From the NCBI RefSeq assembly GCF_009914755.1, contig NC_060928.1: a stretch of DNA of 64,000 bases. One strand, given 5' to 3'. The DNA is from the human T2T-CHM13v2.0 reference genome, Homo sapiens. Within the stretch, counting starts at the first letter, position 1. Each line of letters begins with the position of its first letter. Shown here one piece after another: positions 56,001 through 64,000 of the stretch. Made by a program: the position numbers and the translations under genes. The notes beneath the pieces were generated by a model. That model was not told the DNA's origin. It searched no databases and worked only from the letters and a program-made list of their open reading frames with translations.

Positions 56001-59000
56001 CCACTCTACTCCACTGCACTACACTCGATTCCATTCCATTCTTTGCCATTGTATTCCATTCCATTCCATTCCATTCAATTCTCTCCATTCCACTCCAACA
56101 TTCTGTGCACCACTGTTCTCCACTCAATTCCTCTCCACGCTATTCCACTCCGCTCCATTACATTTCATTCCTTTTCACTCCATTCCATTCCTGTCCACTC
56201 TATTCCAATCGATTCCTCTCCATTCCACTCCCTTCCATTCCCTTCCCTTGCATTCCGTTCCATTCCACTCCCCTCTATTCCATTCCACCCCATTACACTC
56301 CACTACACTCTGTTCCACTTCACTCCGCTCCATTCCAATTCACTCCATTCCGTTCCACTCCATTCAATTCCATTCCATTCCACTCCACTCGACTCCATTC
56401 CATTCCAGTCCACTCCATTCTATTCCATTCCATTCCACTCCATTCCGTTCCACTCCACTCCTCTCCATTTCACTCCACTCCATTCCATTCCACTCCACTC
56501 AACTCTAATCCATTACATTCCACTCCACTACATTCGATTTCTCTCCACTCCATCCAAATTCACTCAACTCCATTCAACTCCAATCCACTCCACTCCAATC
56601 CATTCCACATCATTCCATTCCACTCTATTCCATTCCACACCACTCCATTCCATTCCACTCCATTGCATTCCATTCCATTCCATTCCATTCCAGTCTATTC
56701 CATTTCATTCCATTGCACTCCATTCCACTCCACTCCATTCCATTCCACTCTATTCCACTCCACTCAACTCCATTCCACTCCTGTACACTACATTTGATTC
56801 CACTCTACTCAACCCCAATCCTCTCCATTTCATTCCAGTCTATTCCATTCTACTCCACTCCATTCCATTGCATTCCATGTCATTCCATTACACTCCATTC
56901 AATTCTGCTCCACTCCATTCCACTCCACTCCTTTCCACTCCACTCTATTCCTCTCCAATCCACTCCAATCCATTCCACTCCATTCCATTACATTCCATTC
57001 CACTCCACTGCATTCCATTCCATGGCTCTCCATTCTACTCCATTCCATTCCTCTCCACTCCACTCCACTCCACTCCATTCCATTGTATTCCATTCCATTC
57101 CACTCCATTCCATTTCATTCCATTTCACTCCACTCAATTCAGTTCTCCTCCACTCCACTCCACTCCGTTCCACTCCACTCCATTCCATTCCACTCCACAC
57201 CTTTCCATTCTATATTTTCCCCTCCACTCCATTCCATTCCATTAGACTCCACTCCATTCTGCTCCATTCCATTCCTCTCCACTCCATTCTATTCCGTTGC
57301 ATTCCTTTAAAATTCATTTAATTCCTTTCCACTCCAGTCCTTTGCAGTGCATTCCCTTACACTCCATTCCATTCCGCTCTTCTCTATTCCAATCCACTCC
57401 ACTCCACTACCCTCCATTTCACTCCAAGCCACTCCATTCCTCTCCACTCCACTCCATTCCACTACATTCCATTCCACTCCACTGCATTCCATTCCGTTCC
57501 ACTCCATTCTATTCCATTACACTCCAATCCATTACACAACTCTCCATTCCTCTCCACTCCACTCCATTCCACTGCATTCCATTCCATTCCACCCCATTCC
57601 CTTCCACTACTCTCCTTTCCAATACACTCCATTCCACTCCACTCCACTCTACTCCACTCGACTCCATTCCACTCCAGTCATATCCAATCCAGTCCAATCA
57701 AATCCATTCCACTCCACTCCAGTCAAATCCATTCTACTCTACTGCATTCCGTTCCACTCCTTTCCACACTATTACACGCTGCTCCAATCCATTCCTCTCA
57801 ACTCCATTCCTTTCCACTCCATCCTATTACATTTCACTCCATTCCATTCCATTCCACTCCATCCCATTTCATTTCACTCCATTCCATTCCATTCCACTCC
57901 ATTCTACCCCATTCCATTCCACTCTGCTCCACTCTACTTCAGTCCACTCCACTCCACTCCAATCCTTTCTGTTATACTCCACTCCACTCCAGTCCACTCC
58001 GTTTTACTCCACTTCATTCCGTTTCACACCAATCCATTCCATTGCATTCCATTCCTTTCCATTCCATTGCACTCCACTGCATTCCATTCCACCCTATTCC
58101 ACTCCACTCCACTCCATTCCACTCCACCCAATGCCACTCCACTTCAGTGAATTCCATACAATTCCACTCAATTCCATTCCACTCCTCTCCATTCAATTAC
58201 ACTGCTCTCCATTCCACTCCATTCCATTTCTGTCCACTCCACTCTACTCAACTACACTCCACTCCATTCCATTGTATTCTTTTCCATTCCATTCCATTTC
58301 ACTCCATTCCATTTCATTTCATTCCACCCTACTCCAATCCATTCCCTTCCTCTCCACTACACTCCACACCACTCCACTCCGTTCCATTCCACTTCATTCC
58401 ATTCTATTCCACTCGACTGCATTCCATTCCATTCCACTCTACTCCATTCCTTTCCACTCCATTCCAACACAATCCACTCCATTTCACTCCACTCCACTTT
58501 ATTCCATTCCACTCCACGCCATTCCACCACACTCTATTCCACTCCTCTCCACTCCATTCCACTACACTCAATTCTATTCCATTCCTCTCCACTCCACTCC
58601 ATTCCACTCCACTGCATTCCACTACAATCCACTCCATTCCCCTTCAGTCCATTCCATTCCATTCCATTCCATTCCATTCCATTCCATTCCATTCCATTCC
58701 ATTCCATTCCACTAAAATCTATTCCTCTCCAATGCACTCCATTCCACTCCACTCCATTCCACTCGACTCCATTCCACTCTACTCCATTCGAATCCATTCC
58801 ACTTCGTTCCAATGCAGTCCATTCCATTCCATTCCACTTCACTCCGTTCCATTCCACCCCATTCCAATCCACTCCAATACACTCTTCTCTACTCCACTCC
58901 ATTCCATTCTATTCCACTCCATGTCACTCCACTCCATTCCACTCCACTCTACTCCAGTACACTCCACTCCAATCCATTCCAATCCATTCCACTCCATTAG

Positions 59001-60995
59001 ACTCCATTCCACTCCATTCCATTCCATTCCTTTCCATTCCATTTCATTCCATTCCACTCCACTCCACTTCCTTCCACTCGTCTCCATTGCACTACACTCG
59101 ATTCCATTCCATTCATTTCCACTCCATTGTATTCCACTCCACTAATTTCCACCCCATTCCACTCCATTCCGTTATGCTCCTCTCCTCTGCACGCCACTCC
59201 ACTCCATTACACTCCGCTCCACATGACTCCACTCTGCTAAAATCCACTCCATTCCATTCCACTTCACTCTACTGTACTCCGCTACAGTACATTCCCTTCC
59301 ACTCCACACCACTACACTACATTCCACTCAAAACCATTAGACTCATCTCCATTCCATTCCACCCCACTCCACTTCATTCCATTCCACTCCACTCCACTAG
59401 ATTCAACTTCTCTCCACACAATTCCACTTCATTCCACTTGATTCCACTCCAGTACATTGCATTGCACTCCATTCCATTCCACTCCACTCCATTCCATTCC
59501 ACTCCGTTCCATTCCATTCCATTCAATTCCATTTCGTTCCCTTCCATTCCACTCGACATCACTCCTTTCCATTCCGTTCCACTCTACACCACTACACTCC
59601 ATTGCTTTCCAATGCATTCCACTCCATTCCATTCCACTCCATTCCTTTCTGTTCCACTCCATTCAATTCCGTTCCATTCCACTCCATTCCATTCCATTCC
59701 ACTCCACTCCACTCCATTCCACTCCAATCCACTGTACTCCACTTTATTCCATTCCATTCCATTCCACTCCATTCACTTCCACTCCACTCCATTCCATTCC
59801 ACCACACTCCATTCCATTCCACTCCACGCCACTCGACTTCATTGAACTCCAGTCCACTCTACTGAAATCGACCACATTCCATTCCACTCCACTCCATTCC
59901 ACTGCAATCAATTCCACTCAACTCCATTCCATTCCAATCTAATCCATTCCATTCCTAATCCATTCCATTACATTCCATTTGACTTCATTCCATTCCACTG
60001 CACTCCATTCCATTTCACTCCGTTCAATTCCAATCCATTCCACTCCGTTGCATTCCATTCACTTCCACTCCACTCCATACAAATCCATTCCACTCCGTTT
60101 CATTCAACTCCATTCCATTAGATTACATTCCACTCCACTCCAATCCATTCCACTCCACTGCTTTCCTTTCCACTCCACTCCATTCCATTCCACTCCATTC
60201 CTTTCCATTCCACTCCATATCATTCCATTACATTAAACTCCATTCCATTCCATTTTTTTCAACTTCACTCCACTCCATTTAATTCCGTTACACTCCACTC
60301 CACTACAATCCATTCCTTTCCAATCCATTCCCCTCCATTCCATTTCATACGACTGCACTCTATCCCATTCCATTCCACTCCTTTCCGTTAAATCCATTCA
60401 ATTTCATTCCCTTCTGCTCTACTCCACTCCACTCCATTCCATTCCATTCCATTCCATTCCATTCCCTTCCAAACCAATCCACTCGACTCCACTCCATTCC
60501 ATTCCACTCCATTCCAATCCACACAACTCCATTCCACTCCAATCCATTCCACTCCACTCCATTGCACTCCACTCAATTCCAATCCATTCCTTTCCACTCC
60601 ACTCCACTCCATTCCATTCCAATCCATTTCACTCCATTGCGTTCCACTCCACTCCACTCCACTGCAATCCATTCTATCCCATTCCATTCCACACCACTCC
60701 TTTCCAATCAATTCCATCGCATACGATTCCACTCCACTCCATCCCATTCCATTCCATTCCAGTCCGCTCCACTCCATTCCATTCCACTCTACTCCACTGC
60801 TCTCCACTCCACTCCATTCGTGTCCACTCCACTCCAATCCGTTCCACTCCTCTCCATTCCACTCCACTCCACTCTTTTCCACTCCACTCCATTCCTTTCC
60901 ACATCATTCTAATCCATTCCATTCTACTCCTCTCCATTCCATTCCATTCCACTCCGTTACATTCAATCGATTCCATTCCACTTCAATCCATTCCA

Positions 60996-61850
60996 CTCCA
61001 CTCCATTCCTATCCACTCCACTCCACTCCAGTACATTCTATTCCAACCCATTGCATTCTATTCCACTACACTCTATTCCACTAAAATCCATTCTACTCCA
61101 CTCCATTCCATTCCATTCCATTCCACTCCACAGCACTCCACTCCACTCCACTACATTCCCTTCCAGTCAATTCCACTCCATTCCATTCCCCTCAACTACA
61201 TTTCTCTTCATTCCACAACACCCTGTTCCTGTCTATTCCATTCCACTCCACTCCATTTCTTTCCATTCCACTCCACTTTATTGCATTCCATTCAATTCCA
61301 CTCCATTGCATTCCATTCCACTACACTCCGTTTCTTTCCATTCCACTCCACTTTATTCCATTCCATTCCATTCCACTCCTTTCCATTCCATTCCACTACA
61401 ATGCACTCCACTCCATTCCACTCCACTCCATTCCTATCCACTCCACTCCACTCCACTACATTCTATTCCAACCCATTGCATTCTATTCCACTACACTCTA
61501 TTCCACTAAAATCCATTCTACTCCACTCCATTCCATTCCATTCCATTGCACTCCACAGCACTCCACTCCACTCCACTACATTCCCTTCCAGTCAATTCCA
61601 CTCCATTCCATTCCCCTCAACTACATTTCTCTTCACTCCACAACACCCTGTTCCTGTCTATTCCATTCCACTCCACTCCATTTCTTTCCATTCCACTCCA
61701 CTTTATTGCATTCCATTCAATTCCACTCCATTGCATTCCATTCCACTACACTCCGTTTCTTTCCATTCCACTCCACTTTATTCCATTCCATTCCATTCCA
61801 TTCCACTCCATTCCATTCAATTCCACTACAATGCACTCCACTCCATTCCA
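60996..61850 (+). repeat. Near-perfect tandem duplication, 425-bp unit
   Basis: ttcctatcc 61006/61431, ctaaaatcc 61081/61506, caacaccctgttcctgtc 61216/61641; diverged third copy at ~63700-64000. Confidence 0.92.
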
Positions 61851-64000
61851 CTCCACTCCATTCCATTCCACTCCCCTCCATTCCATTCCACTACGTTCCA
61901 TTCCATTCTATTCAACTCCATTGTATTCCATTCCGTTCTACTCCACTTCACTCCTTTCCATTCCATTCCACTCCACACCTCTACACTCCATTGCTTTCCA
62001 ATCCATTCCAATCCATTGCTATCCATTCCACACCACTACATTCCATTCCACTCCACTCCTTTCCGTTCCACTGCATTCCATTCCTTTCCATTCCACTCCA
62101 TTCCATTTCGTTCCATTCCACTCCACCCCATTCCACTCTGCTCCACTGTGCTCCACTTCATTCCATTCCATTCCATTGTACTCCATTTAATTCCACTCCA
62201 CTCCATTCCATTACACCCCACTCCATTCCACTCCACTCTATTCCACTGCCTTGCATTTCATTCCACTCCATTCCACTCCAATGCATTCCACTCCATTCTA
62301 TTACTTTCGACTCCATTTCATTCCACTCCATTCCATTCTATTCCACTCCAATCCATTCCATTCAATTCCACTCCATTCCATTCCATTCCATTCCGTACCA
62401 CCCCATTCCATTCCACTCCACTCCATTCCATCCATTCCATTCCACTCCAATCAATTCCATTCCATTCCACTCCACTCCATCTGTCTCCACTGCATTCCAT
62501 TCCACTCCACGCCACTCCACTCCATTGCACTACAGTCCACTCCACTCCACTCTACTGAAATCGACTCCATTCCGTTCCACTCCACTCCACTCCACTGCAA
62601 GCAATTCCACTCCTCTCCATTCCATTCCAATCTAATCCATACCATTCCAAATCTATTTCATTACATGCCATTCGACTTCATTCCATTCCACTGCACTCCA
62701 TTCCATTTCACTTAGTTCCATTCCATTCCATTCCACTCCGTTGCATTCCATTCCATTCCACTCCACTCCATACATCTCCATTCCATTCCGTTTCATTCAA
62801 CTCCATTACATTCGATTCCATTCCACTCAAATCCAATCCATTCCACTCCACTGTTTTCCATTCCACTCCACTCCATTCCATTCCACTTCATTCCTTTCCA
62901 TTACACTCCATTGCATTCCATTGCATTCAACTCCATTCCATTCCATTTTTTTCAACTTCACGCTACTCCATTTAATTCCGTTACACTCCAGTCCACTACT
63001 ATCCATTCCTTTCCAATCCATTCCACTCCATTCCATTCCATTCCACTCCACTCCATCCCATTCCACTCCACTCCATCCCATTCCACTCCACTCCTTTCCG
63101 TTCCAATCCATTCTATTCCATTCCATTCCACTCCATTCCACTGCACTCCATTCCATTCCATTCCATTCCATTCCATTCCATTCCATTCCAAACGAATCCA
63201 CTCGTCTCCACTCCATTCCATTCCACTCCATTCCATTCCACTCCATTCCATTCCACTCCACTCCATTCCACTCCAATCCATTCCACTCCACTCCATGGAA
63301 CTCCACTCAATTCCAATCCATTCCTTTCCACTCCATTCCACTCCTCTCCACTCCTTTCCATTCCAATCCAATCCATTCCACTCCATTCCATTCCGCTCCA
63401 CTCCAATCCATTCCATCCCATTCCATTCCACTCAACTCCACTCCACTCTATCCCATTCCATTCCATTTCAGTCCACTCCACTCCAATCAATTCCACTCTA
63501 CTCCACTCCTCTGCACTCCACTGCACTCCATTCCAGTCCACTCCACTCCAATCCTTTCCACTCCTCTACATTCCACTCAACTCCAATCTTTTCCACTCCA
63601 CTCCATTCCCTTCCACTCCATTCCAATCCACTCCATTCTACTCCACTCCATTCCATTCCATTCCACTCCATTTCATTCAATCCATTCCACTCCACTTCAA
63701 TCCATTCCACTCCACTCCATTCCTATCCACTCTACTCCACTCCACTCCATTCTATTCCAACCTATTCCACTCCATTCCATTACACTCTATTCCACTAAAA
63801 TCCATTCTACTCCACACCATTACATTCCATTCCATTTCACTCCACACCACTCCACTCCACTCAACTACATTCCCTTCCACTCAATTCCACTGCATTCTAT
63901 TCCACTCAACTTCACTCCTCTTCACTCCACAACACCCTTTTCCTGTCTATTCCATTCCACTCCACTCCATTTCTTTCCATTACACTCCACTTTATTGCAT

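Larger units (their letters stand above)
1..64000 (+). repeat. Satellite III (HSat3)-type diverged pentamer array, mixed (CATTC)n/(CACTC)n; GGAAT/GGAGT on minus strand
   Basis: Continuous 5-bp periodicity CCATT/CCACT with point variants over the whole window. The + strand is nearly G-free outside the Alu-derived inserts. The HSat2-type CATTCGATTC motif is rare. The abundant CACTC resembles the GGAGT-rich Sat III subfamilies described on acrocentric short arms; chromosome cannot be assigned here. Confidence 0.96.
42430..64000 (+). repeat. Domain III: Alu-fragment-free diverged HSat3 layer
   Basis: No GACAGG..CTGTCAC..CAGTGGCACAATCTC motif is seen after 42426. Translated signatures of the fragment (DRISLCH, TGSPSVTQ) also disappear from the ORF track. 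Confidence 0.85.

Noticed and set aside
1-64000. HSat2, alpha satellite or telomeric repeat assignment
   Set aside because: CATTCGATTC is sporadic, and there are no 171-bp monomers or CCCTAA arrays.

Overview
The whole window is primate (most likely human or great-ape) Satellite III (HSat3)-type heterochromatic DNA. It is a diverged pentamer array of mixed (CATTC)n and (CACTC)n, C-rich on + and GGAAT/GGAGT on -, with no strand switch. No genes are supported; all ORFs are pentamer-repeat artefacts. The non-trivial structure is about 91 copies (manual count) of one ~63-bp fragment from the 3' end of an AluJ-like element, all antisense and in the same orientation, amplified as part of the satellite. 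The copies define three layers. Domain I (1-~18.3 kb) has ~51 copies, mostly 'type A'. Domain II (~18.4-42.4 kb) has ~40 derived 'type B' copies and a recurrent TTCCAGTAAATTCC motif. Domain III (42.4-64 kb) has none. Diagnostic variants of the fragment act as barcodes for nested higher-order duplications (~7.7, ~4.5, ~3.5-4, ~2.5 and ~1.9 kb), and a ~10 kb and a ~2.7 kb periodicity are visible in the Alu-free layer. Coordinates were read by eye and are approximate to a few bp; duplication boundaries are less precise.
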